A stretch of 64,000 nt of DNA from Bugula neritina (GCA_964035545.1 OZ037766.1:9228722-9292721), one strand, 5' to 3'. Positions 28,001 through 41,638 are shown, counted from the stretch's first letter. Program-made: numbers and translations. The notes: generated from the letters alone by a model not told the origin.

Positions 28001-28954
28001 ATCTGTAGCATGTCAGTAAGGATGTTTTTATGGTATACTGATTTATGTATTTGGTTGCAGGAGCTGTTTAGTGATATTGGACCCTTGTTATCTGCTCGGT
28101 TAATTCAGAAAGGTCTTGCCGAAGTGACGTTTGTTAAGAAGAAAGATGCAATGACTGCTATTGAGAAATACGATAGAAGAGAGTTAGATGGTATTCCTAT
28201 GAACTTAAAGTTGATAGACCAACTTATGAATACTGCCAGGTGAGTGAATGGTGTGCACATTTATATAGCATAGTGTTCCATTCTGCCCTTGTACAATATT
28301 GATAAAACTGAATATTTAGTGAAGTCAGTCGTAACACAATGTTTAATGTTCATTTTTATGTATTTAGTTTTACCAACACTTGATCAATAAGGAAATTGTG
28401 CACTGTGTAATTAGATTCAACAGCTGTTTTATATCTGTTTTAAAAGTAAGATGTACTTGTTCTATAGCTCAATATACCTATTACATTATATCTTTTGTAC
28501 ACATTAAATTTTAGATCAGCAAGAAATTACTGAAATGGTTAGTACTAAACCCTGAAAAACCCTCCAGTCATTGTGCTAGCGGCTTTCTTGTAGTTTCTAA
28601 AATGCAGTAACACCTTGTAGCCTTTTGCTTGCTTTAAATCAATTTCCACACCTACCTTCCTCACAGCTTGAATATTGCAACTGTCACCTAATCAAAAAAT
28701 TGAATGAGTTAAACTTTAGCTTTGCAATCACCACTGCTTTAATAAATTGAATCACAGCAATATTTCTCATCAGTACCAAGTTTTATATGCTAATAACGGA
28801 GAAGGGTGACACATTATATTGTCTGCAGTATTTCAACTTGATTTGTGCTTGTAGCAGCCAGGGCAAAAAACAAAAGATGCCAGATAAAGAATTTGCCTAC
28901 CTTAATGGCAGAAGAGCTACTCATTCTCTCAGCAAGAAACCTAAATACAAATAA
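25010..28954 (+). CDS. POLDIP3: Polymerase delta-interacting protein 3 (SKAR)-like RRM protein; exons 25010-25173, 26415-26514, 26654-27186, 27500-27635, 27776-27913, 28061-28239, 28855-28954
   Basis: N-terminal D-x-R-x-x-(I/L) repeats (DVRNKL, DARSVI, DLRARL). The RRM VRVTNLSTEVSEEDVV|ELFSDIGPLLSARLIQKGLAEVTFVKKKDAMTAIEKYDRRELDGIPM closely parallels the POLDIP3 RRM. All junctions are GT-AG and phase-compatible. The choice of last exon is uncertain. Confidence 0.85.
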
Positions 28955-30453
28955 TCACTTAGCCTTACTTGATGGATGCACACTGATTTCATAATCAAAT
29001 ATATATTTGTACAGAAAATTTGTTTTGATTGTATAAAGTAGAAACATGCATTGCTTCTTTTTAATGAAAAATAAGTTACTATGTAAACTTTTAAAAATAA
29101 ATGTGTTCTAATAAAATCACTATTTTATGTATATCTGATAGATTGAAAAGAGCTGTTAGAATCTGCTTGAACTGCTTGCATTGAAGGCTTTCAATATATC
29201 CAACTGTTGAGCAAATCCTCATGACTCAAGATATTGTAGAGCAAGTATTAACAAGAAAGCACACCAAAAGCAAAAAGCACATGAGACAAGGAACAGCGGG
29301 TGTTGATACAAAATAGCTTTTTTGGCTTATTAGCCCGATACATATTAGCATTATGTGCAATTAAAACGGTGATGTGGTGTTGGTTACTGCTACCTGAACA
29401 GGACAGAGTGGAGATAAGTGAGAATTGGTTGTAGCCAGATTCTCTTTTTGGTTCACTTAGCAGCAATAGTTTTATGACTTGCTCCAAACATTCCCCAGTG
29501 GATAGCTGTTGAGCCAAGTACACCTTTAAAATTGGTCCAAATGCTGTGATGCGCACCCAGTTTTTCTTAATTGTTTAGAAAGAATATATTTTTGTAGGAC
29601 AAGATTAAAAAAGTGTTGGGTGTAAAATGGGGTAACTTCAGCACACAAGCTTTCTCCAATAAATGCATCACTGTTGCTACTATTTTATGGGTGGAATTGT
29701 CGATTAACAATAAAGCCCTGAAAATTTTGAAGGAGAAAAAATGCGTTTTCAAGAAGGCACAACTCTTGATTAAAGTAGGGCTAACAGAGCAACCCTCTGT
29801 ATTTAATTTCTGTTCGGAATAATAGTGACAATGCCCTCATCATTTACAATGCAAACATACAAAAATCAGTCAACTTAAAATAATAGGTTGCATGTTTTAT
29901 CTCTGTCTATTTTCATAGGCGAGACTTTCAGATTAGCTTCAACCAAAACTGTTCTAGCTTTAACCTTTATATACAGTGTAATATATACATACATGCCCAT
30001 AGTTATATAATGCAGAGGATACTTGGCTTATAGGAGTTGCAGACCAACCAAGGAAATGTTTATTAGAGTATATATCACAAATTTATTGTACATCTAACAA
30101 GCGGTTGATTCTTGTACTTAACATGAACTCACAAAGTGGGTATGATTGAAAACGTAGCTACCATCAAATACAAATATTATGAGTTTAAAGTATAGATAAA
30201 TGTACATCAGTTTTACTATTGCTTTAATAACATAGTAATCACGATTAACTGCAAATAACAGTTAAGACAATAGCTGAAATATAATACATCATGTCTGAAA
30301 GCACAACCTAAAGATGCAATCAACATTATCAAACTCCCATAAGCTAACTACATTTGATCAGATGATACCCTTTACTTAGAGTGTTTAACCAAAATTCACT
30401 CCCTGATATTGCACACATGAACAAAGTCTTCTTGTCTAAAAGTTAATATTATG

Positions 30454-33400
30454 TTAACCAGTGGAGAGACCAATTCCAGCAATGTACTGAGCTTTCTTCG
30501 GGTTCCCTTGACAGCAAAGGGTGAGGCTCATGGGAAGAGGTGTTAGTTTCTTGTCGATGGTGGTTGCTATGCTCAAGTTGCTATCTATCGATGCTAAAGA
30601 TTCAAAATAAAAACACAAACATTATAGGTCAGGTCACTGAGCATTTTATATATTATTACAAAGCTTGAGAGGTACGGAATCTACTCAGTAAAAGTATATT
30701 ATATTGGCTAGGTCCCAGGGCTAAATGGTACTTTTCAGAGTATACCTATTAGGTAAGAGTCTTAAAGAAGCCTAAGCTTCTCTAATGACACAAAATAGTA
30801 TGACTGAGTGACAGAAGACCTTGATATAAACTATTGAGAAAATGCGATATTTGTCAAGATGAGAAATTTAAATGTGTATAGAAGTATTATAGTCCCAATT
30901 TTATTCTACAACTTTTGTAAAAAAATGTCGTTAAATACACATTCAAGCAGATGACTCTGCTAATATCCAAATATCTTAATGTAGTCAATGCATTCTACAT
31001 TCCTATTGCCTCATCAACTTTTTTACTAGGCCACAGCAAAATCCTATTCATGAGAAATGAGTGTTGATAAATCCCAAGTTACCTTTAACTGTGCACTCGG
31101 CGTTGGGTATTTCAAAACTATAGGCCAGTGTGGCTGAACATTCACCAGCAGCACCTCTGCCTTCCAGTTCTACTCCGACAGCCTGGTGCTCATTCATCTT
31201 GTGGTAATACGAGGTGTGCACCGACATTTCTAGTGGAGATATTTGGGCGGTAGCAGACCAATCCTCACCTGCTTACAAGATAAACTCTTTCGATTAAGAA
31301 TTAAAAACTGTGTGCAAATTATGCGAAATATAACGATAAAAAAAAAATGTCAGTCTCACTATAATACAATGTAAAATTACTGTTTAGTCATTGAATTAGT
31401 CACAACTAACTATAAAACACAGACACTGTGCAGTAGGTAGTTACTGTCTGATATATACAACAAACTGAACCTTACCATTGTATTTCGCAACAAGTCCCCC
31501 AGATAGCTGACTGACCACTTGGCCCAAAGCTGGGTGCATTACTCTTTGAAAGAGAGCTTCAGCGCCTACAGCTAAATTAGGCTTCACGGCAAAAAGACAG
31601 TGGCCGATGTATATCCCTGCAACAGTAGAGTGTGGGATCAGAGCTATTGAGGTTAGACAACAGGAGAACTACACAGCACAGATACGGCATATTTGACCTA
31701 AAAAATCCTAATTTGAAAAAAATTAAGAAAACACAACACATAAAAATGATTTAAAAAGAACATTTTGTGAGGCAACTCATTAAATTACTTTTAAATCGAG
31801 TCTTATAATAAAAAGCGCTAGTTTGTGAATAAATATATAATTTTTAAACTGCTTGACTAATCAAAATATAACGATTTCTAAAACAACCGCTTATCTAGAC
31901 GAATTTGGAAATCGGCAGTTTTATATAAATCAATGACAGTCATGTATTTCAAGTCAGCATCTCAGGTGAACAGGCCTACACATGGCACACACTCTTACCA
32001 GTTTGAGCTAAAAGATCTGGGTTTGCAGCAGTCAAAGACAGAGTACACTTTGAACCGCGGTAGTCTGTTCCCAGTTCCAGAGCAGCGAGTTCTCCATTCT
32101 GGTGCTACGTAAAAGGGGAGCATTCAATTGATTGCACATTGCTACTACAAATCATGTCATATTATCTTCATGTAAAATTATTAGTGACTTTACATGTTGA
32201 AAATAGACTTTTATTCAGTGAAAAAGACTAAGACCTGTATGGTGTAAAATTTAGATTTAGACTTAGATCTAGACAATAGGTGATTTAAATTTTAGAACAT
32301 ATTTTGGTGTCCCGATGATACAAACATTTATTAACATGGAATATCATATATCTATAATTTCCACCTTGAAAAAGATGCCATGAGGTTCCATATGTGGCAG
32401 CAGGTTAAAAGCAGACTAATTAAATTGGCAAATTCTGTATATTCAACTGTACAGAGCATGGGGTTTTCCTCAATAACTTTGAATGAATCTTATAGCACTG
32501 AAAGGTATAGAATATGCTGTGGAAAGTAAAGAAGACAGGTAAATTCGTAAGAAAAAAGAGTTACCTGGGCAATTAGCCTAGAACGAGTATTGCTAGTGAA
32601 GGCATGTAAACATTGCGCCGTGAGATTGCCCGAGGGGTCCATTTCTCCAGTGAGAATGGGGAATGTCTAAAATGAACGAGATATTTAGATGTAAATCACA
32701 CAAATGTTACAGAGTTTGATAAATAACTTTTACTAACTAAATCATCCTCAAAACTGCTCTACACAAACAAATATCCTTAAAAAATTGATATAAACTGTGC
32801 TTGACAATTGGGACTTCATGTTTATTTGATGGCAACAATTCAACACACCTCAGATTGAGAGAGTTGCTTCGTGCCGGCATAAGTAGCACCAAACTTGTAG
32901 GAAGACGGCTGCATGGCAGCGAGAGTAAAATTATGAGAGACTTGAAAATGGTGGCTGAGACCTTTGTTAAACACAGCACGGATTCCATCAAATGGCTGTG
33001 GCATCAACTCTACAAGGAGGCAAAGTATAATTGTGTCTGAACGATACAGAAGCATTAAAATAAAATGCAAAGCATATTATAAAATTTGGAACATCAAACA
33101 AACCTTACGGTTGGTTTCCTAAGGATACAGAGTCTTCAAAGCAAATTTTAGCTAACGAAACAAATTAGACTTTCATCCCCATAATATGAATCCTAAAGTA
33201 ATAATGTTATATGTTACTAGATAATAACTAAATGTTTATCAAGATTTTGACAGCCATACCTTTAACTTTGTGCAACTCATTCCAAGTACCAGGAAAACTA
33301 GGTAAGGATGAAGTGATTGTTCTAGGATCCTCTGCTATTGGCGACTCATTAAGTTTACTGGGTGTTTGAGATACAGAGTCTCCAGACGATGTGATTTCTG

Positions 33401-33560
33401 TTGGTTCAGTCGGCTTTAAAGCAGGAGAGTTATTCGAACCACCTAAGGCACTTTTTAAGGAGCTAAACAAACCTTCATTATGAGTATCGGGCTCTGACGC
33501 CTTTACAGTAAATGCTGGCCTCACCTGGGTAGGTGAATCTTGTGAAAATTTGTTCCCCAT
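30454..33560 (-). CDS. TOMM40: Mitochondrial import receptor subunit TOM40; exons 33560-33260, 33009-32849, 32666-32565, 32104-31999, 31616-31476, 31268-31083, 30593-30454
   Basis: PGTWNELHK, FDGIRAVFNKGLSHHFQVSH, YKFGATYAGTKQLS, FPILTGEMDPSGNLTAQ, SYYHKMNE and C-terminal IDKKLTPLPMSLTL...GIGLSTG*. All junctions are GT-AG and in frame. Confidence 0.95.
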
Positions 33561-34249
33561 ACCTATCATCAAAATACAAGAATGAAAACTGGGCACTGCA
33601 CCTACAGAATATTTTTCTACTTTGAAATACGTGGGGGTGTTTGGTTCAATATAAATATTTACAAGAATATTTTTATACATAAATTGGAAACAGTTGTAAA
33701 CTCTCACATTACTGTCAAAAATAAGGATTGCACTCCTGCTACAGCAATGTTACGGAGAACACGATTCAGTAAGAGCTACTCTTGTCCCCAATAAAAGTTC
33801 GGTACTCATTGATACCAATAAAACTTTACACCAAAGAAATCTAGTTTTTCTAAAGCGATTGTGGTTGGCTATTATTGAGGTGGATTAAAGGTATTGTTTA
33901 AGAAAATTTTCGGAGTACAATTTATAAATATTAATTCGTCTTTCATTACACATCAGTTCAAAAAGATCTATTGGAAAGATTAATTTATGTATTTGAAAAA
34001 ATTTGAGCCATGTAACAAAGAAAAGTTATTCCTACAGTTACTTGATTGGCCATAAAAATGTAACTCATTACTTTAGCTGGAATGAAATTTAACATTAGTT
34101 TAAATATTTACAACAAAACACATTCTCTAAATATTAAAAAACTTGAATAATAGCTTATAATGAATGTTTAGCATGAAACTGAAAGCCAGTCTCAGAAAAA
34201 CGAAGAGTCGCTACCTAAAGATCACATGACCCATGTTGACTTTAAGTCT

Positions 34250-35650
34250 TCAACAGTAACAATACTAATTGTACACCACCAATCCCAAATGTAACTATAG
34301 TATAATTATAACTAAACTAATGGTAATAGTTCAAAAATTACAATTATTACTACTATTTTTAGTAGTATTATTAATATTAGTATAAGTATAACTGTATAAC
34401 TATAAGTGATTACAGTTAGCCTAGGGCCACACGGTGCGTATTTTCGCATGCGAAAATTGAAATCACAAGTAGCAAAGGTGTCCACTGTGCGCGTTGAGAA
34501 AACCTTCGCACTTGTCGCTCAGCATTTTCAACACAAGTGCGAATCGTCCCTGTCGTCGTCACCTAATTGGCTGGTAGTTATTCAGCAAGCCCAATTTCTT
34601 TATTTTAGTGCTACATTCCAGTAAATTGCGTTTTATTGAAAGCGAGTGCGATTTAAAAATGAAAGCTTTATTTATCACGCATCACTGACCCTACAGTAGA
34701 CACCTTTGCTACTTGTGATTTCAATTTTCGCATGCGAAAATACGCACCGTGTGGCCCTAGGCTTACTGAGTTTGTGTAGGTGTTACTAATTCAATTATTA
34801 TTGTAAATTAAAATTTAATATTATAAAATTAAATATTAATATAAATATCATTGCAGTATATAAGCAGATTTGCTGATAGATTATTCATTAAAAATTACAA
34901 ATACATGTTCATGCTGGTAGTAATTGTAACCGTAAGTGAGTAACTCAGTACGAGTATCAGTACGGTTGTAAGATTTAGACTAAGAGTAAAAGAAGTGAAA
35001 TAGTAAAACTTTGAGAGAGTCAGCACATCACACTCATTCACATTGAGTGAATGTGATTGCATGTTGGCTGTTACTGTTAGACTTAGTGTTAAACTTTTGC
35101 TAACAATCACAATGACAATCACAATGACAGTCTTAAAGTCAATAGTAAAAAGCAATTCATATTTAATTTTATTGCATGACTGACAGTGATAGTGATACTA
35201 AATAACTAATAATTATAAGTAATAACTCTATAATAAGTAATAACTATAACTATAAGTATAACTCAGTTATATACTTATATTTGAATTTGGATGTTATAGT
35301 TAATATAATAATAATTGGCTTTTACTTTTAATATAAAACTAACAATAACTCTAAGTAATACTAATAATAATAAACTTAAAAGTAAAAGTAGTACTAACTA
35401 CAAATTGAAATTATATTAAATTTAATAATAATATTAATTATAATATAATTATAAAGTATAAACTATAAAGATATTATAATTATTATATCTTATTAATATT
35501 TATATTATTATATGATTATGATATTACATCATACATGTCATTATGATTATGATTATACTTATACCGGTATAACTTATAGTGTTAGTATACTTAATATTAT
35601 AAAATTAAATATAATCAACATCATAATGATATCAATAATAATAATAATGT
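34250..35650. repeat. Degenerate 6-bp-periodic tract (interrupted by the MITE)
   Basis: agtata agtata actgta ...; acaatc acaatg acaatc acaatg acagtc; actata actata agtata actcag; attatg attatg attata cttata. Confidence 0.8.
34419..34762. mobile_element. Non-autonomous DNA transposon (MITE), PIF/Harbinger-like, 344 bp
   Basis: 70-bp terminal inverted repeats (34419-34488 / 34693-34762, one mismatch) starting GCCTAGGGCCACACGG. Flanked by a TTA target-site duplication (34416-34418, 34763-34765). No coding capacity. Confidence 0.92.
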
Positions 35651-36111
35651 TTTTAAAACTAAAAGGCTTAACTCTAAACCAAATCCGATAGAATCAGAAC
35701 GATGGAGGTAAATTTTTTATTTACGATAAGAGCAACAATACCCGGTATCAAGCGTGCGAGTGCACTAGTTCGAATTTTAAACCTATTCACGAATGGGTGA
35801 GGCGGTTTTCTACTACAGCTCAGATAATAATTTCGTTAAACTTTCACGACTGGCTCAGAAGTCTTTGGTATCAAAGGCATGAACAAAGGGATATCTTTTT
35901 TTCTAAGCTGACTCGGCGTGACCTCGGCTGAATCAATGGAATAAAATATTTACGGTCATTACTCATTCAGTCATTGGCTATACTACTCATTGCAAATAAC
36001 ATTAATCGTAGCCATTGGTTAAAAAGAAATATACGCTTTAACAAAAGTTACCCCCCTGCATGTTTGTTACATATTGAATTTGATACATGCTTTTGTGGGT
36101 CTTACTGTTTA

Positions 36112-36750
36112 ACTGTACAATCACAATCACAATGATTTAATGAATGAATGATATTGATAATGAGTATGACACTGACAATTACTATTACTATTAGTATTAA
36201 TTACAATATCTTTTAGTTTCAACATGAACATCAACATGCTCATGCTGATGCTACAAGTACAACTACAAGTACTGAGTGTACTCACTCATCATGTTGTTGT
36301 ACTTGTAATACTACTAAGTCTAATAGTAATACTAATACTAATAGTAGTACTAGTTGCACTTGTAGTTGTACACGGCTAACTACACTAAGTCATATTCTTA
36401 CAGTTGCTCTTAAATTTACTCTTACTCTTAGAGTTGGTCTTGCAGTTATTGAGTTAAGCTTAAAGTTAATGTTATTCTTAGACTTATAGTTCATCATTAA
36501 TTCAAGCAAAAACGTGAGTTTATATGGTTATAATCATATCGATTATCTTTTTCACTTTTAGTTTAATTTTAGCTTCAAGAGATAATCATAATGATGATGG
36601 TATAATCATAATGATTGCATTGTTATTTAAACTTCAACTTTTTTATTTACTTCCCACTCTATTACTATTACTATTAGTATTACTTATTTACTATAATTAT
36701 AAGTATAACTATTATGATGAGCTTCAGCTTGAGTTATCAGTGTGACTATT
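36112..36750. repeat. Degenerate 6-bp-periodic tract
   Basis: acaatc acaatc acaatg; aacatg aacatc aacatg ctcatg ctgatg; aatagt aatact aatact aatagt agtact; actctt actctt agagtt. Confidence 0.8.
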
Positions 36751-37012
36751 TCGAATTTTTTGCAAATTTTAGTAACACCTTTGTCTTTTTTGTGCATGAC
36801 TTTTTGAACTTGTGTTTTATTTTAGGTTTTGTAGGTAAATGAAAACATTATTGTTTATAAGTTTCTAGTCAATTTTGTAGTTAATAAATTTGTTCTAAAT
36901 AGCACACGTGAGATGTACATAGGTAATGTAGTTTTATGGATGAATTTTTTAAATTTGAAACATTGTAATACTCAAAATTTAAAATAACGGTAAGTTATAT
37001 TTTATTTTCTAG

Positions 37013-40000
37013 ATGAGACGCCATTTGTACAATGAACAGTTATTCAATACACATTCTTCTAATTTTTCTCCAAGACTGTATTCAGCAAAAAGACTTATGT
37101 CATCGTCATTACATAACTCATTACAAAAATGGTGTGAATCACTACCCTTATGCTTTGGCATACATAGTAAAAATATAGAAGTTGTGTGTAAACCATCTAC
37201 AATGTACGACAAAATAATGGTGAGTTTTCTAAATTTAATTGTCAATAAAGTTTCTGGTCACATTTTTTTATTGACAAAGGTACCATCTATTGCTATTGTA
37301 TGCATTCCTTTTATATTAACATACACGTGTGTTTTAGGGTTATATTAAAACTTCTAAAAAACGAATTGGTGTTGCCTCGTTGTACTTGGGAAATGGTCAA
37401 CTTGAAATGGCTTTGGTATGTATAACTGACAATAAGTGTGAATTTTGATGTGATTTAAAGCATTGATTTTAAAAAAATTAAATAATGTTAACTTCTGTTT
37501 TTAAAGATAGTATATTAGTAATTAGAAAATTATTTTTGTTCTTGTGTAAGTGTGAGTATGCTTCTACTTTTGTTTGTAGTTGCCAGACATATGTTGTTTT
37601 TAAGTTTCACTCCACTATTTCTAGTGGTTTCTAAAATTTGAACATAGTTATTTAAAGTCCGGCTGTATATAAATTGTGTCTTATATGAATGCAGGTCTCT
37701 CAGTTAAAGAAATCTCTGGAATCAAATAATGACTTAAAAGCACACATATTGTTAGATTTCACAAGAGGCTCACGTGGTGACAATAACTCCAGAACAATGC
37801 TATTGCCTTGTATAGCTGAACATTCCAATAAAATGAAGTTATCTCTATATCATACTCCAAACCTCAAGGGGATGATGAAGCGTGTCCTTCCTGACAGATT
37901 CAATGAGCTGCTCGGTCTTCAGCACATGAAAGCATATATATTTGATGATACAATAATACTCAGTGGGTATGCACTCCCACACCAGCTCTGTGTTTATATC
38001 CCTGTATTCAAAAATATCTGATTGATTTAAAACCTTTATCGTGAATAAAACTGAATGAATCGTTTTACTTTGTTATTAAGATAAACACTAAATGTTTCAT
38101 TAAAATTCTTGAACCGCCGTTACAGCGTAGAATTTTACTCTCCAACTCTATCAAGAAAAACGCAAAGATTTGAGCTGAAAATTTAGTCCTTGTTTGAATG
38201 AAAATTTGTAAATATGCTTTGCATATATATTTTTATGTTGATGTTTAACATAAGGTGTGATACCATGCTTTGGTGTAGTAGTAGCAGTAAATCGGAAATC
38301 CATGTCTTTCAAAATTACAAAATTGTTGAATTTCAATTACAGAATCTAAAATATTTTCTTATTTTTCTTTTCAAGATGGAGAATAGATATTACCAGTAAA
38401 TAGATTCAGGGTTATTTTGTCAACATTTTTGTTTTCTTACACAGTGCTAACCTCAGTCATGACTACTTCACTAATAGACAAGACAGATGTATTGTGATCA
38501 AAGATAGTCCTCAGCTGTGTGACTATTTCTACTCCCTCATTGAAACTGTCGCTGGATTTTCATATCAAGTAGATGCTCAAAACAACTCTAAGCTTCATGA
38601 TTCTTGCAAAGGAGACCCAACAAAAAGTAAAACCTGCCTTTTATATATATATATATTTTTTTTTTTATTGATTATTGAAAATAATTTCTTTTAATTGTTT
38701 GATGAAATTTGCAGTTTGCATTTACCTAAGACTGGGTTTTCAATTTTTCACCTAGTCGGTTGTAGTCCTGTACAAGTAGCCTAACTCAAGAACATTTCAA
38801 TAGCATTATTAAATTAAGGAACTTTGACATCACATTACCGTTGTTTAGCAGTGAAGGCAACTACATTTTTGTATTCTAATTATGTTTTTACAGAAATTAC
38901 TGTTGAAGTTATTTGGCTTTGGATTTGCTGTGCCTTAAATTTTTATTGTTCATATTTCTGCAGATGTTCAATTGTCAACCTAAGAATTTCAATATAAAGC
39001 ATTAAAATATTCATTGAATTTGTTTTCCCAGATTCGGAAACTGCCAAGTTTGTAAAACACGCTTCATCCAGAGTTGAAGAGTTTTTATCCTACAATAAGA
39101 TGAGTCACATAGACTGCTGTGAGAACCCCGACACTTGGGTCTACCCCCTTATACAGATGGGTTCATTCAGCATCAATCAGGACCAGGCAGCCATGCGATC
39201 TCTGCTGCTTAGTGACAGGAGCGATGATAAAATATATATGTCGACAGCGTACTTTAACCCTTCGCATGAATATATTGACCTAATAACTAGGCACTGCCAA
39301 GGCGAATATCACTTGTTAACAGCTTCTCCACAAGTAAGTCAGCTCTGTAAAACACAAACTTCAACCAATTTTTACAAACCTGTGTTTTTGCTGCAACTAA
39401 TACTGTATTTTTAATTTGGTTGAATTTGCATATTAGAGTATGTTTTACATTTTAGGCCAATGGTTTTCTAAACGCCAAAGGAATTGCTGGATATATACCT
39501 ATGGGTTACCGGTGGTATGAAAAGTTCTTTGTAGAATATGTGAAAAAATATAGCCAAGATCATCGAGTAAAATTACACGAGTTTAGTAGAAAAAACTGGA
39601 CTTTTCACTCCAAGGGATTGTGGTATTATCCAAAAGACTCGAACCTTCCCACCATGACTGCCATTGGTTCATCCAACTTTGGTGAGGGGTTGTAATAACT
39701 TCTGTTGATTAAGATAATATTTTCAAAATCTCATACAAAACTTTGTAAAAGCTTCCCAATTGATCCCCATCAATCAACTCTAGACTGCATGTAATAATTA
39801 TTGTCAAATCTTTAGAATTTCACTGATCTATACAGAAGCATTTTATTTATCACTCTGTTTGAATAGGCTACAGATCAATTCATCTGGACCTGGAAGCTCA
39901 GGTTATATTGAAGACAGATAATCAGGAGTTACAGCAAAGCTTGCACCTGGAGAAAAATGAGTTGTTTTCACATTCTGCACCAGTTGATGGTGAATTCCTT

Positions 40001-40069
40001 GACTGTAAAGATAAGCCCATGCCAATATGGACTCGGATGGCTGCATATTTTGGTCGTTATTACTTTTGA
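37013..40069 (+). CDS. PGS1: Mitochondrial phosphatidylglycerophosphate synthase (PLD superfamily); exons 37013-37219, 37338-37415, 37695-37966, 38445-38626, 39032-39333, 39456-39681, 39867-40069
   Basis: ASLYLG, ILLDFTRGSRG, LYHTPNL, HKD motif QHMKAYIFDD, SGANLSHDYFTNRQDR, STAYFN, ANGF, WTFHSKGLW, GSSNFGYRS..LDLEAQ. Arg/Ser-rich presequence-like N-terminus. All junctions are in frame. Confidence 0.95.
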
Positions 40070-40765
40070 TACGTGTTAAGTAAGAATAAAAATATTATAT
40101 ACCCTACAGAAATATCTGAGTATGAATTTTCAATTCATCATTTTATATTATGCTACAGTATTCTGATTGATTTTACTCCTTCATTATAATTCACAGGTTA
40201 ATACACACTGTAATTTCCCTACTCATGTTGTGGCTATGGCTCATATTCATTTTAAATCTATTTATTTGTGGAAACTAGAAAATTACATAGCTTTCTATAT
40301 GGGAGTGTTATATCGAAAATAAAATTGTTAATTTGTTGTCATGAAACGTATATTGAGTTGAAGTGTTTTTAAACTAACCGCACCTTTACATGTAGGTTTT
40401 GACTAGTTTCTTCCTAATTAATTGTTCTTAAATAATGCCAATTTTTGCTGTAGATATGAGATGCGCTTTAAAAATGCCAATAAATTTGAAGCTTTTCTCT
40501 AAAGTGCAAGCAAATTTAAAGTTTTCATTTGTATGATTGCTGGATGAACTGCAGGATAAATAGGACAAGAAAGTAACCAGGTCATTAATTTGTTTAGGAG
40601 TTGTCTTGTCTTACTCAATTTACAACGGGTTTTCGAGCTTTGCTGGAACGCATCATAGTGTTACTCGCTGTAAGTAGTAACATTACTTTACTAAAAGTAA
40701 CCACTGTGGGTGCCGCATAGAGACACTTGCCGAACCCAAACTATTTTCTACTTTTACTATTACCT

Positions 40766-40778
40766 GTTGCATGGTAAC
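40766..40778. promoter_or_regulatory. RFX X-box GTTGCATGGTAAC in the probable IQCH promoter
   Basis: Matches the GTNRC-N-RGYAAC X-box pattern. Lies in a CpG-containing stretch ~860 bp upstream of the IQCH ATG, with a candidate first-exon donor GTAAGT at ~40922. Confidence 0.6.
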
Positions 40779-40959
40779 GGATTTAGACCTAAAATCCCAG
40801 GCTGACTATTTTTATTGTGCTTATATTTATAATCAGTCGTATTTAGGAAATTTAATCAATTTAGCATTAATGTTAATCTTAAATAGCCAAGCCTACTATT
40901 GTTGCTAAACAAACTTTTTTTGTAAGTAAGTTTGAGTTCAACTTGGTTATTAAACGAAA

Positions 40960-41100
40960 TGTGAAATTTATAAATTTAGCATAATCATTATGAGTAATAA
41001 TAATATTAATTAGTATAACTATAAGTATAACTACAAGTACAAGTATTGTCATCAATATCATAATTAGTAAATTACAATGTGAAACTGAATGTTTATTTAC
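40960..41100. repeat. Short 6-bp-periodic tract
   Basis: agtata actata agtata actaca agtaca agtatt gtcatc aatatc. Confidence 0.65.
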
Positions 41101-41638
41101 CAGTATTTGATACATTAGTTCTTGATACCAAATTGATACTATTGAATAGTTTTTATCGATAGCATCAGGTCTAAATGTGGATCAAATTTGATGCTTTTAA
41201 TAAGTAGTTAGAACTTCAATTATTTCAGAATCTTCTGTTTAAAAAGTTTGTAGAATCATTTAAACAAATGAAGATGAAGCATAATTTAACCTTGCCTAGT
41301 TATAACTTGTAACACACTTTTGGCCTCCTACATGTACAACGCAGTGATTATGAAATGTTTCGAAGCACATATTTTTATGTTAGATTGATTTAATTAATTT
41401 ATAGTTTTTTAATATGAAATAAAAAGTGTTTAATGGCAGAAGCATTTGATTGACTCAGTCAAGTTTATGAAATAGTATCAGTTTGTTTTCATTGCACCAT
41501 TGTTCAATTTTCTAAATGCAAGAGTTGAAAACTTTTTATTTGAAATCTGTGTGTTTGTGTCTACAATATCAAATATTTTTTGTTTTTACTACAATTGTCA
41601 GTAATCTAATGAAATTTATTTGCAGAAAGCTTAAGGAT

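Noticed and set aside
33540-33560. Myristoylation-like MGNKFS start of TOM40
   Set aside because: Vertebrate TOM40 also begins MGN; not novel.
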